Shown piece by piece: positions 27,918-43,509 of a stretch of DNA of 64,000 nucleotides; within the stretch, counting starts at the first letter, position 1; the number at the start of each line of letters is the position of its first letter. Below the pieces are notes generated by a model that worked only from the letters and a program-made list of their open reading frames with translations, searched no databases and was not told where the DNA came from. The translations under genes were made by a program, and so were the position numbers. The DNA comes from Epiperipatus broadwayi (taxonomy: Eukaryota; Animalia; Onychophora). The stretch is from NCBI GenBank assembly GCA_028023455.1, contig JAQFVV010000010.1, positions 1,674,001-1,738,000 on the forward strand. The letters are read 5' to 3'.

Positions 27918-28899
27918 AGTTTTATTTTTAACCTGATTTTCAAGAAAGTTAACATAGTCCTGTAACATGAGCCTTATTTAAATGTTCAAGTTGATGAATT
28001 TTGCTATATGCAATTAATTTACTTCTGCTATACATGCACTTAAAAATATTTGAGTTGTTCTTTTTACATGGCATTTTTAAGGATATAGAATTGTGCTTAT
28101 GTATATTTGGTTCTATTTGATGAACATTGTTTGATGACATTAGCCTATATACTTTTTTTGTTTAATTATACATCATGATTTCAACTCTGATATCTTTTAA
28201 TTTTGTTATGCAATACAGAAAATACTATTAAGATGATAATATGAAATATTAAGAAACTTTAAAGCTATAAACAACTTTCATGCTATGATCAATAAATTAT
28301 TCCAACAATAAGAACATATATAAAAGATTGGGATAAATTCATTTTCAGAACAGTGTAATTTAAAATCATGAACATACATACATATACCTTAAGTATGTGC
28401 AATACACTCACACCATAGAGTCAACAATATAATGATATAATGTGTGTTAGAGTAAATACACTTAGTATGTAAACTTGAAAGTCAATTAATTAAAGAAAGA
28501 GATTATTTAGAGATTATAAAAATGAAAATTAACTTCTTTTAAAATGCTTGTTTGTTATTCTGATAAAAAGAAATTTTAATTCCTATGGAAGGACAATATA
28601 TTTGTTATATTAAATTGAAATGACTATTAACAATAAATAAATTTATTTTGATCTTTGTTAAATTACATTTTATTAAATGTGTTTTCTTTATTGGTATTTC
28701 ATTCAATACATAGTTCAGAGAGAACCATGATCTCCTGATCTATATTGGAAATAATTATGCTATGTAATAGTTTCAGATTCAAAAGAAGAAAAGGTGAAAT
28801 GAAGGATTAAAGAGTGATCATTTAATTTCTATTTTACTGCTAGTTTATTTTAAAGTGCTGAAGGAGAATACATTAGTTATAATGTCATGCAGTACATCA

Positions 28900-29160
28900 A
28901 ACCCCAAGTTAGAAGGGTGCTTTTTCAGGAAGATTTCGGCTTAAGAACTAATTAAAATCATTATTCAGGTTCTGGTATAATCTGATAGCATCCAACTGAA
29001 TTAATAAGAGTTTCTAAACACAAGGTAAACATTATACCTATAGCATAAAGCATTTCTTCTCCAGCATTTAGGGATCTATTCGTCTGACCATTAAATATTA
29101 ATAATAGAGTTTTTGATAAAAGTCCAATTAATACTTTTTAATGAGTCCAAGAATAGATGT
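28900..29160 (-). mobile_element. L1/Tx1-like RT fragment
   Basis: INW...IFNGQTNRSLNAG....MFTLCLETLINS resembles the NG...RGVRQG.PLSP.LF.L.LE region. Confidence 0.4.
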
Positions 29161-29922
29161 ACTCATATTTAAAATATGTCCCTTAAGAAAATTTTATCAG
29201 TAACATGACAAATTAGAAAATCCAAATGGATACTTTTTGTATTTAACAGCTGTTGAAAATTAACATCCTTAGCAATTTATTCTAAAGAATGCATATCTAT
29301 GTAATACAATATATTTGTAATACACATTTAAAACTTCAGTTAACTTAAAGCATTCACTTTTGGTTAAAAAGTATCTGCGATAATATATTTTTATGTACTA
29401 TTGCTTCAGCCTTGCAAAACTACTTTTAATTTGTTATCTTGTTTGGAAATTTTGAATAAATTTGAATATGGCATTCCCATTTATTAAGCATACTTATTAC
29501 ACGCATGTAATATAAGTGAAAATAAACCACACTTCTGAAAGCTATGAATAAATAGTACTCATACATCAATAATTGTAAAGAATAGATGGCTCTAAGTTTA
29601 AAAAATAGATGATCCATATTGGTCCATCTATTTTTTATATTTATTGAAGAGTGCTTTATTCATATTTCTCAGAAGTGTGTTTTATTTCTGCTTAATTTAC
29701 ATATACATTAAGCTATGCATATTTAATATTCACACATGCACATATATACACATATATGTATATTCACACATATTCTTTCACTTATTTTATTTATTAGCAA
29801 AAAAAAATCAACATATTAACAAAATAGTTTTTAGTTTATCACATATATAGAAGTAATTAAATATTTATTTAATAATTAAAAAAAAACTTAAACATATATA
29901 TTTTTACAAGTTTATTTTATAC

Positions 29923-30814
29923 CTGATGATGGAACTAATTTATCTGTATAATCTTCTTCATCTTCCTCTTTTGAATTTTCAACTTTATTATCAATTTTTA
30001 AATTATACTGACAATTTTTTGTATTATTTACCAATGACTCACATGAATTTCTCAGAAGGGATTCTTCAGAAGCAGTTTGAATATCTCCATTAGAAAACCC
30101 ATTTGTTTCTTTTAATGGCTCTTCTCCAGAGAATAATAGAATGTTATCACCAGTAAATGATTTAGTTATGACTGCAGATTCATCATCAATGTAGGTAGTT
30201 TTATTTCCATGAAGGACTTCAATAATAATTTCTATATTTGGATTTAATTCTAAGTTTGAAATATTTTCATCTGTTATATCCAAATAAAAAGGTTTTTGGC
30301 TTTTGCCTTTTTCCTCTACTGATTTATTACATTTATCTTTTATTTCCTTTTTAATAAAATTAAAATCATAATTTTTATCACTTGGTGATTGTATATCTTC
30401 TTTCATATTTAAATCCTTGTTTTTTAACTTATATAGATCATTATATTTTTCATCTCTAGAAAAAACTAATGTTTTGCTTTGATTGTTTTCACTATCTATA
30501 TGCCTTACAACCTCTCTTGTACTATTCAATTCTAAAAGAGTTTTAGATAAATTATTTTCTAATTGGGAGTGTTCAAAAATTATGAAATTGTATGATTGAT
30601 TTGTAATTGAGTTTGAACTAAAATTAAAAACTGGTTTATTAGGGGTTAAAAAATATGATATTTCTGGACTTCCTTGATCATCTCCTGAACTTGAATTTTC
30701 TGTAAATGATTCTAACCATTCAATATTTTCATCCAAATGTTTATCTTCATTAATCCAAAAATATTGTTTATCATCTGTGGTATTTGAAATATTTATTAAT
30801 TCTGAAGATGTTCC
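29923..30814 (-). CDS. Large internal exon encoding an acidic, Asn/Ser-rich low-complexity extracellular region with many N-x-S/T sites
   Basis: 892 bp open in a genome where random ORFs are short; acceptor cttttcaatttcag|GGA (phase 0, compatible with the first exon); donor TCAG|GTATAA (phase 1). Confidence 0.8.
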
Positions 30815-31559
30815 CTGAAATTGAAAAGATATATATTTCAGACTATATATATATATAGTATGCATATATAAATTAATATTACAGTATAAACACCTTTACT
30901 GTGTGTGTGTGCGCATTTATTGATTTATATTCACTCAAAAAAACAAAAATAATAACTTAGCTTATCTTTTTTTTTTAATGAATAGTGAAATGTCAGATTT
31001 TTATTGTAGTTAAATAATGCTTTGAACAATATTCTTTTTCTTCAGTAAGTTTGTTTTCTTATAGAAAAGTTGAAGCAGTCTTGTTTTAAGAAGACTATGG
31101 CCTTTCTAGTTGTATTTATGTTTTTAAGTCTATAGTGAGTTTGAAATATATACAATTACCTCTATTTGCTGCTATCTATATTAAATTCTCAGCTTAATTA
31201 TTCAGACTTTTTGATGCAATTCAAAAATGTTTTATAATTATTTTTTTACTATTATTAAATTGCTACTTTTCATTTTATCATTTGAGAAAGCTAAAAAAAA
31301 TTTAAAATTTTGTAAAACTTTTAACTTTATGTTTAAAAAACATTTTATTACTAGAAAATATTGTACCACATTAAAATTTGGAAAGGATAAAACAACTGAA
31401 TATAATCAAAAATAAATATTATTAATAAATATGAATGCATAGGTGCTCTGAACTAAAAAAAAAAGCTGTTGTCATTAGTAAAACATGTTTTTATTTTTCA
31501 TTTATTTATATTTTTTTATTTGTTATATATATATATTTTGATGGTGTATAATTGAAGAA

Positions 31560-31990
31560 GTGTATATTGATGCAGCATATATTGTGGCTTCATTGTAATA
31601 AAATGAAATTAGAATTGCTGTACTATAACTGAATAAAAAAATTATTCTGTCTCAATGATCTACAATCAAGAAATTAACAAAATTAAAAGCTTTAGAAATG
31701 CTGATTTGGAGAAAAATGGATGTAAATAAAAATGAAATCCAGAAATGATTGTTAAAAAAAAAAACACACCCACATGATTAAATATATATATATTCAAGAA
31801 ATTAAATTAAAAAAGAAGAATCTGATAAATATGTAATTAAAAGTAAAAGAGAGGGGATGTTGGAAGGCCTGTGAATAGGAAGAAAATTGAAAGAGAATGT
31901 TAACGGAAGATTTCAAAAAAGGGAAGTATTTAAAAGTGATAAAAGAGAATAGCTAGAAACAGAAAATCTTGAATAAGTTAAAGTGGATTA
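31560..31990 (+). mobile_element. RTE-like LINE 3' remnant
   Basis: KALEMLIWRKM... followed by a G.GRP...-like segment. Confidence 0.45.
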
Positions 31991-33022
31991 GTAACTTTTA
32001 GCACTCATAATTTCAAATAAACAAATAATAACAGATATATGAAGTAATGGGGAATGTTCAAGAACTCTGGTGGCAGCGTTGAGAAAACTGATTTTTTTTT
32101 CAGCTGAGAACCATAATGTTAAATCACACAATGTATATCAGAATACTAAATAGACTATTTAAAATTTACACTCTTTAGCTTAAAGACGTATATACATATT
32201 TAAAATCATTCTTTAAATTACAAAATACTCTTTATAATAAAAGTGCATATATATAATGTGTTTGACTCACTGATTAGTATTTTCTATACTTATTAAGCTT
32301 GCTTAGTCAATAATTTATTTCTGAGTTCAGGGATAAAACTGATTAAATGTCTTAATGGTGGAAGAAAATAATTAGGAAGTAAAAGTTCTCGAAACAATTC
32401 CCAGATGAAAAAAGCAAACAAGTTTCAATTTTACCAATTAATAACGATTTTTAAATAACTAAATAGTAAGCTTGAGATATAGTTAAAAATCACTTTTATT
32501 ACGATTAAAATAAAAAAAACTGCTCTGCGGCATAGTATATTTAAATAGCAGAAATTTTAATAAAATATTATATAGTGTATATATATAACTAGTTATCATT
32601 CGTATTAGATTTCAAGGGTATCTTTCAATTATTTTTGTTTGTAATTTTAATTCATAGTCACATAGATGGGTGCCTGTATTATTAACACTTGCAAAATGTA
32701 AGACCTTTTATAGAGATCTATCATATATACATATATGCAAATTGTTGAGTAATGAATTTAATCTACCTAAAGGATGCACACATGTTGGTTAGTGGAATGG
32801 ACTTTCAGATATAAGTATTAATTGAGAATAATCAGTAAATAGTGCTCAACCAAAAGAACCTCTTTTTTTGCCATATAGAAAATGATTGTTTATGGAATGT
32901 ATAATTTTTTTTAATATGCATGACTTCAGTACTATCAATAATTTATTGTTACTACAACATATAATATTAGCTATGTAATATACGATTTTTCAAAAGTAAC
33001 TTTTATTTATTGTTTTTATTCT

Positions 33023-33772
<750 letters not shown>

Positions 33773-33773
33773 G

Positions 33774-35916
33774 AAATAGTGTCTGATGTAGTTAAAAAAT
33801 AATATAGAATATAAATGCACACATACCCACATATTGGTAGGTATATACACATTTTTTCATACTTAGTTATAATATAAATATATGTACGATTATTAGAAAA
33901 TAAAAATAGATATGGTAATTAAGATATGTCACAAATATTAAACAATTTTATAATTTAAATTAAATATTCAAATCTTATTGTTATAATTAATGCTTATTTT
34001 AAAATTTTCCCTAGATCTAAATATAGATCTGATTTTTGGATGCTTAATAGAAGAGTAGTATAGAAATTTCAAATCACATAAAAAAATATGGAGAGATGTA
34101 TGTTAGGAATAAAATTGATGGAATGAAAGTAAAATATATAAATGAAAGAACAAACAGATATCATCATTATTATTGAAAGAATTGAGAGACTGAAATGAAG
34201 TTGGGATTGACATTTTTTAAAAATGGATGATAATAGATGGAAAGTTGAAATCTGAGACTGAATCCCAAGAGATTGCAAAAGATCTAGAAAGAAACCATAT
34301 GTGAGATGATTGAATGAAATATAGAAATTTGCAGTGGTGATGTGGAGAAGAGAGGTTAGGGTTAGGAGACTGTAATGGAGTGGTACAATTAAGCTGGAGC
34401 TAATACACTCTAGTTTGCATGTTAAATGTCTCACATCATCCACTAAGAGAAATAACACTTCTTATACCATTAAATAGCTTCCATATAACATAAATTAACT
34501 TCCATAAATAACCAGTTTCATAGTTTTTTAACTAAATGAGTTACATGACTAAATCAACAAAAATTAAAATATAAATCACATCTTTGTTATCAACATTATT
34601 TTTACATTTTTTTAGCAACAAAAATCATCAACATGCTTTTTATATTTTTTTAGGAACAAAAATCATGTCTTTAGTGCTTCTTAGTTCTTTATAATCATAT
34701 TCTCTGATAAACAATCATCTATGAATGAATGGTAGTAACCTATTCATGTTTAAAATTATTTTTGCTGTAATGGATAACAATGATATTTCAAGATAAATAC
34801 TGCTGTATTAACTATTCCTTTTATTTTTATAAACAGGAACAATAGAAGCATCTGAAAAATCAAAAACATAACTTAAGTGGTCAGTATATTGCTCTAAAGA
34901 AATTCCATAAACTTTGGGAGCTAAAATATCACTATGCTGATTTGGGTTTTATCTAGAAAATACAACAGGAGGATAGCCTTTCCATTTTTAAAATCTACAA
35001 AGAACTATTTTAAATTCATTAAACTGGATATATTAGTCCAAATTTAAATAAGTAGATAGAATGACATTTTTTCAACATTTCTAAAAAAGATCCAGAGACT
35101 ATAATGGAAATGATTGTATCTCCTTTGCAGTTTTAATATACTAATTACCTATAAGTGTTCTTCTCAGTAATTGAAGTTCTGCTTTTAAATCTTTACATTA
35201 CTTACAAACTAAATAAAATAAATGAATTGTTTTACTGCTTCGAAATTCATAAAATCAGAAATGCCTGAGCTGCTCCAGAGTTAGACATTTTACCATCACA
35301 ATAAATCATATAAGATCACTTACAAACGGTATAACTATTACATTATTTTACCCAAGGTGAGAATTTCACATTTTTTAAAATTGATATTGAAGTAGATATT
35401 TCATTGGCAGTAATAATCATTGTCCAAAATAAAGCAGAGGAAAGAGGAATATAAAGTTAATCAGAAAGAGATCTATAACATAGTTTTTTGGTCAGAAGTA
35501 CTGTTTTAACTAAACTTAATGAAACAATTTAAAGCTCAATTGATAATATATATTCACAACTACACAAAGAAACATTGAATTATTTGTGGGTGCATGTTTG
35601 TGTATGTATGAAAAAATTTCACCATTAGTTTAAATAATGAAAAAGACTATGTTCATTTCTAATGTTTTAAATAAATTCAAAATACGATTTTTTAGAAAAT
35701 TAAATCTGCTTTTTTTTTTTTGTTAAACAGATTTAATTAAGATTCATTATCAAAAATTCAACATCAAAATTTTAATTATTTGGGCAATATATTTTTTTTT
35801 AAAAAAAAATAGTGAAATTAATTAAGTTCAAGATCAAAGTTTTATTTAAGTAATTTTGCTAACTATAATTTTTTTGAAAAACAATTTAATTAGTTAATTA
35901 CATTTAATACTAGTTG

Positions 35917-35919
<3 letters not shown>
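33774..35919 (+). repeat. Segment A' (copy of 24154-26291)
   Basis: Junctions ggattag|aaatagtgtc and ctagttg|gta|attttaac. Confidence 0.95.
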
Positions 35920-36646
<727 letters not shown>

Positions 36647-38208
36647 AATAGCCTGCTTAAAAAAAAAAAAAATATGTTTGGCAGATTTATAATGAATGAT
36701 TTAGGATACCAAGATTAAAAATATCCTTTTTTTATAGAAAATCTTGCTAAATTATTGTTATTTTTTACTCTGAAATAAGAGAGTTAATGGTTTAACTTAA
36801 TATTATTAATCTCATATATATATAATGTAACCTTTTACTTTGATAGCTATTTTAAAAAATAATTTAAATTTCACATAATAATCAAAATTTTAAATTTATG
36901 AAGTACATAATTGCATTAATATTAATTTTAAATTTGTATAGTTTATTAAAAACTTAATTTATATAATATAATCATAAGATTCTGTCAGTTTAACTACAAA
37001 TACCTTATGTAACAATCATTTCTACTTTAAGTGTCATATTTATTTTAATTATGAGTTTATTTAATAGTTATGAATACATTTAAATTATATCTATCAAAAT
37101 TTATAATATTCATCAAACTTTTTAATAGTTATAATAAGAATATTTACTTAATTTCATTCCAGTGACTCTTTAAAAACATATGTGTTTGGGTATGTGTGCA
37201 AAATCTTATTTAACAAGAATAAATGAATTTCATTTCCTGTTTGGAAATTATATTTTTATTTTAACCAGCATATCGAATTATTTAATATTATAATGTTTTT
37301 TAATAGTAATAATTTTATCTTTTAATATAATTTTTATGTATTTTAAATTTGAATAAATAATTATTACAAGGACTAAAAATTATAATTATATTTAATTTAA
37401 AAGTAATTAAATTTATTATTTAAATGTTTAAGTATTGTTAAGTTTATTATACTTTCATTATTGTTTAAAATTGTAGGCAAAATTAATTTATTCAAGAACT
37501 TTTCAGTTAATTAAAAGTAGATGACCAATTAAATTGATTTAATAGTCTGATGTCATAATGTTTGCAATATAAAAAGGGATGAGCAGACAAAATTAGGGGA
37601 GAATTCAAGAAACAGTAAGAACTAATTAACCTATTTCTATTAGTTCCTTAAAATTTATAAGTTTAATCGTGTTTTATTTTAAAATAAGTTAAAAGTTACC
37701 TTTAAAAAGCTGGATAATTGTATACAATACATTTTAAAGGATTATAAAGTGATTATAGAGTAAATAAAATATTCTTTGCTAGGAACTAATTCTATATTAA
37801 TGTTAAATTATAATCAAATCATACTTACTACTAAAAGCAAAGAAACAGTATTATTATCAAGAAAAAATGGAAGTTGGTTGTCAAGAAATTTAACTAGTTT
37901 ACAAATATGGTTGCATAAGAATGTGTTTTGTTATCTCTTTCTTTTTAATGATTATAAGAATTAATTTACTAAGGAACCTTTATTTATTTAAAAAGAACAG
38001 TTGTTATAGAATTGTTAAAACATTTTATAGAACTTTAAGTTAGCTACCTAATAGTAATTATGAACTTATTTTTTGAAAAGAATTATAATATTCAAAGAAG
38101 TATTTTAAAATAATTACATTTTCAAGATATGAAGTGCACTAAATTCAAATTAAGGATCCTATAATAAACATTGAAGAATGCTAAGGAGTTTTAGAAACAC
38201 TAGTTGTG

Positions 38209-38214
<6 letters not shown>

Positions 38215-38248
<34 letters not shown>
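38215..38248 (+). repeat. (TC)17 microsatellite
   Basis: Seen directly. Confidence 0.95.
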
Positions 38249-38251
<3 letters not shown>

Positions 38252-38742
38252 AAAATGTTATATTTTTAATAACGATTTTACAAGTTGGTGGAGAAAGAAA
38301 ATGATGACAGTAGAAAAAGTTGAAATCACTGACCATCATCATGGTGATAATTGTTTAGTGTTTGGGAAGTTTAAAAAAAATGATTGAAAAAGTTTTCAAT
38401 CTAATTTTTATTATTATTAATATTATATATTTATAATACGCATTTTTTTAGGACAATAAGGAAAATAGTTAAGTAATCTATATATTTATTAATATTTTTA
38501 ATACTGATGTAATTTTCAAATGACATTAGATTTTAAGACTTTAAAAATAAAGGTATATCTCATGTTTATATGTATATGTTTTACATAAATTGTCTCATCA
38601 ACATACAGAAATTTGAAGGATGGTAATGGATAATTTTCATAATATTATTATTGTGTATTTTAATATGCAAAAAGGTAATTGTTTATTCATATGATTAGAG
38701 TTAAAACAGCTATATTCATTTACCAGTATGTGATAATGATAC

Positions 38743-39446
38743 AAAACAGGAAAAACTCTCCATACAGTAGTGTCACTCAGTGCAAGCCAGGGTAATCAAT
38801 AGATGCCAGAAGACTTGTGCATAAAATCCCTATCTAGTGCCTAGTCATCCAATATCCCCAGACTAGTTTCTGGCTTGTGACCTTCATCAGTGAGGAGCCT
38901 TTTATCTAAGACCACTGCACCTAGATCTTAGAATCCAATGCAACCCTTCAGCAAACAGCTTTTATCTCTACTTAACTACAAAACTATGAGAATAAATTAA
39001 AAACAATATTTTCAATCTAAGCTCATTAGCCTATATAGTCATAGAGATCTGAACAAATTGAAAACACAATAATATTTTCAATCTAAGCCCATTAGCCTTT
39101 ATAGTCAGATTGAAAATATTATTGTCTTCAATTTTATTCTCATAGTTTTGTAGTTAAGTAGAAATAAAAGGGGCTGCTGGAGAGTTGCATTGGATCCTAA
39201 AATCTTGGTGCAGTGCTCTCAGATCCAAGGCTCCTCACTAATGGAGGCCACAAGCCAGAAACTAGTCTGGGGATATTGGATGAGTAGACACTAGATATGG
39301 GATTTTATGCACAAGCCTTCTGGCATCCATTGATTACTCTGGCTTGCACTGAGTGGCACTACTGTATGGAGAGTTTTGCCTGTTTTAGTAACAATTATGA
39401 GCAAGCATAAGAAATGGTGATCATGTGATGTTTAGTTGTTTAATAA
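38743..39446. mobile_element. F1 hammerhead-bearing foldback element (arms about 290 bp plus an unpaired 3' tail)
   Basis: 38743-39030 is the reverse complement of about 39100-39386; an HHR motif in each arm. Confidence 0.85.
38855..38896 (-). ncRNA. Minimal type-I hammerhead ribozyme, best-preserved F1 copy
   Basis: RNA UCCUCA-CUGAUGA-A-GGUcacaaGCC-A-GAAA-CUAG-UC|UGGGGA: 6-bp stem I, intact core, palindromic ACUAGU stem III, GUC cleavage triplet. Confidence 0.7.
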
Positions 39447-40261
39447 TATGATATGCAAATCAGTATCACTATTTATTTTTTAAAAAAGCATTTCTCTTAC
39501 ACTGTTACATTTTAATAGTTTTGAATAATTTTATTTTTATTATATTGGATTTATTTTAAAGACCAAAGTTCTGGTTTGTTTTTATTATTTAATATATATA
39601 AATAATTAATTTGTTTCACATTGTGTGAAAATGATATCATGAATATGGAAAGGTAATGATTTATTGTATTTATATCCCAATTGTAAAATGGTCATAAATA
39701 AATAATAAATATCACTTTTTAAATTATAAATAATGTAACATATAATATAAAATATCAGAGTTAATTTAATTATAGATTGAATGTAAAACATTTTGGAATT
39801 CCGATGATCATCTGCTTATGCCTTACACTCAAATTTGTTTATCTTTGATAAGATAAAAATGTTGAGGAGTTTTTTAGGAAATACTTTGTATAATATTTAA
39901 TATTAAAGTGATAAAAAATCAAGTCAGATGACCTAATTTTAATAAAGCTCATATTTACTATATGTAGGTAAAGGTTTTAAATATAATTAAGAAAATTGAA
40001 AATTGATTTAAATTTGCTCCAATCTCCCACTATATAAAATTAGTTTTTCTTATTTCTTTACCTTATCTATTAAGCTCAAGCATTAAAAAAAATCATATCA
40101 ATATGTAATTATTAAAACTTATTTGTGATATAATAAACCCCCAACATTGCTTTAATTTTGGTATATAAATTGAAAGACGTAGGCCAACAAATTTATGTAA
40201 AAGTAAATGTTAAATAATATTAATTGTGCATTATTATCATTCTCTATGCTTACACAACATG

Positions 40262-41105
40262 TTATAACAGAGGCAAAATTCTCCATACAGTAATGCTACT
40301 CAATGCAAGCCAGAGTAATCAATGGCTGCAAGAAGGTTTGTGCATAAACTCATCCAATATTCATAGATTAGTTTGTAGCTTGTGACTTTCATCAGTGAGG
40401 AGTCTTGGATCTGAGAGCACTGCATCTAGATCTTAGGATCTAATTCAATTCTCTAGTAGCTATCTTTTATCTTTTAGTTAACTTTGAAGCTATGACTCCA
40501 AAATGAAAACATAATACTGTTTTCAATTCAAGCTCATTCATTTGTGCAGTCATAGATCTGAACCCAGCTCAGCATTTATACATGTTGGTGTCTTTGGTTT
40601 TTTAATAACCATAGTCACCATCATCTTATTTGGCAGGATTGGGTGGCATTACTGGTTGAAGAGTTTTATCTCTGTTATAATAACTTGTGTAAGCATAGGG
40701 AATGGTGATCATGGGATGTCTAGTGGATTAATACCAATCCAGAAAAATAGGCTGATAGTGACTATGGTTATTAAAGAAACAAAGACATTAAAGTGTATAG
40801 ATACTGAACTGGATTAGAATTTATATGATTACACAAGCAAATGAACTTGGATTGAAACCATTATTGTATTTTTATTTTAGACTCATGTCTTTATAGTTAA
40901 GTAAAATAGTAAAATGTGGCTGTTGAGGATTGCATTAGATTTTAAAATCTAGGTGTAGTGCTCTAAGATCAAGGGATCCTCATGGTTGAAAGTCATAAGA
41001 TAAAAACTAGACTGGGGATATTGGATGAGTAGGCACTAGATGAGAATTTTATGCTCAAACCTTCTACATCCATTGATTACTCTCACTTGCATTGTGTGGT
41101 ATTAT
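40262..41105. mobile_element. F1 element: inverted arm 40262-40640 joined to a direct unit 40641-41105
   Basis: Homologous to 62351-63406; CTGATGA intact on the minus strand at about 40388-40395; other HHR positions decayed. Confidence 0.8.
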
Positions 41106-41269
41106 ACAAATAAAATTATTTTATTAGGTTTATTATACTCTCCATATTCTTAATGATGACAGAGAAGTGAATGAAAGAACATAAAAATCTTTCAGAAAAT
41201 ACACATTACAGGTTTCAAAGTTGGATAAATCTTAAATGTTCCAATATAAAAAATATCAAGCAGTAGCTG

Positions 41270-41880
41270 ACTTAAACCAAGATTATGATTTGTAAAACAA
41301 TGTGCAACCTCAGACATTTTATTTGTCTCATATCTGTTCTTAATCTGACCAAAAAATGCAGTACTCTGAGCTTACAATTTCCAAAACAACATGCAATCTT
41401 AGCCATTTCATTTGACTCATAGCTGTTCTTATGCAAACATGTCTTTTCATATGACTTGTGTGAAATGGTGCTTGGCTCGATTCTTTTGCAATTGTTTTTA
41501 CATTCCATGATGTGTAGGGAAGCATGGGGATGAGCTTACAATTATTAGTATGTAATACTACATCAGTTAGGTGTAAGATCACTATTACAAAAGCATATTA
41601 CAACAGTTCTGGCCAGTTGAATTCTAAACACCCTCACTTTATATGGTAGTGATCTGTTAAGTATGCGCATTTGCATAGGGTTGTGAAGCATATCATCGGG
41701 CCATAATATTGGTGTGCAATGCGAACTAAGCCTGCAACAGCTAATATAAACAGAACTTTTCTATAGGTCATAAATTTCTAGGCAAAAGCACAGAAATATT
41801 GGGCCACATAAATGGCATATTCCTGTGTGTTTGCATAGAAAGTACACCTTCTCATGGTTTCAACACACTAAGAGAAGACT
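41270..41880 (-). mobile_element. 5' end of an RTE/CR1-like LINE (5' UTR plus start of the AP endonuclease), with an internal ~95-bp duplication
   Basis: TSWNVKT...KRHVCIRTAMSQMKW resembles TWNVRTL...R..IDI.ALSE.RW. Confidence 0.5.
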
Positions 41881-43509
41881 ACCAAACCAAAACATAAATT
41901 GGATTTTTTAAAAAACCAACAACTTTATTTTAAGCATAAAACAATAGAAATTCTATACTTAGTGTAAGCTTGAGTAATCACTGATTATCAGATGCCTTAG
42001 TGAATTTAAATTTTCATCCCCAAATTGTTTTCTGGCTATTGATTTTATCAGATATTTGGAATTCAAAATGAGAATAATGTAGTTATACAGCTATCAATCT
42101 ACTTTAACGCCATCCTGAAATCTAAATAAGCCTAAGGTCTTGAATCCAAGCCAATTATATTGAATGATTATATAGATCTGACTCCAGTTCAATAATTATG
42201 TATATTAATATTATCAATCTTTTATTAACTATAAACAACAAAATAATGAATTGTTAACTCAAACAATATGTTATAAATAATAGCAGCTTTTTAGACCAAT
42301 GTCATCTACTGTCAGTTTATTTAAAGCATAAAAAATATTTTTATAGAAAAAAGTTATTAAATATTTAATAATTGTTTAGCATTAGCATGTTATTAAAGCT
42401 AAATTTAAGCTTTTATTTTAATGACTAATATATTTTAAGGGTTTACTTCTCATGTGGTATGATGGTTAATGTGATATGTCAATATTAAGCCATTTTATTA
42501 TGTTTATAAAAGTTCCATTGACTCATTCTGGTTTTTAAAATATAAATGATGTCCTTTGTTTTTGTTAATGTGGTGACATTCTTGAAGAATTTGTTCTCTG
42601 TAATATGCCATCTATCTATGCCACATATATGACATCTTGGTATTTTTCTTCAGCTGAACTATAAAAGAACCTGAGATTTGTGAATTCCAAAATGTGTTGG
42701 ATAATGATTTATTCATGGTCAATTAGACACTGTGTGGTTTTTATCACCACAGACTGATGGTAGATTATAAAGGTTGGTTTTTGATATCCCAATGATAAGA
42801 GCTCAATAACATTGTAGTTATAGTTGAGTTTTTTGCTTTTAAGTTGTTAATTAGAAGAAAATTAGATAGTTTGTTAGTATAATTATAAATTATTCATTTT
42901 GAGTAAAATATTGTAATCAATTCAATTTATTAATAAAACCATCTTTGTTTATAAGTATTCAAGTTAAAAAAAAGTATTGCTTATATTTTAAATATGTTTA
43001 TTGCAGGTATTAATATTATAGTTGTTTTAATTAAACATTATACAGCATTATATTCATGTGGCCTTTACTCTATAATAAATATTAACAAAAGATTATTAGC
43101 TATTCATTATTTCATGCTTTAGTCAATTTTAAATATAAGAATTATTTATGGAGTTTGTGGTCATAATGACAATCTACTGTTTAATGATACAGTAATATTA
43201 ATAGTGCTATGTTTTATTGCTATATTGTTAATTGTTTAGTAAATTAAAATTTTAAAAGTTTGAAATGTATTGATGCTATTGTTTTTCCCGGGGATCTGAA
43301 AAATCACTATAAGTGTATAGAATGGTTATGTAAATTGTTTGAGATCTAAAGGATAATATAGTGTAGCATTACTAAAGTGAAATGTTGTTTGATGGGTGGT
43401 TGTAACATATTCTGGAAGACATAGTAGTATTTAGATAACATATATAATTTAGTTTAAAAATAGCTTTTTTTTGTTAAAATTCAATAGTATTTCACTTGTT
43501 ATTAAGAAT

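Noticed and set aside
38743-39446. CRISPR array or MITE interpretation of the F1 repeats
   Set aside because: No repeat-spacer periodicity; asymmetric tail, tandem units and 12-14-bp TSDs fit retrotransposition rather than a TIR element
38725-39460. TSD for this F1 copy
   Set aside because: Only a loose tgata(a)tg match; not called
42500-42830. Possible piggyBac C-terminal remnant (HYP...PRCHIC)
   Set aside because: Only a partial Cys pattern across frameshifts; no TTAA or TIR seen
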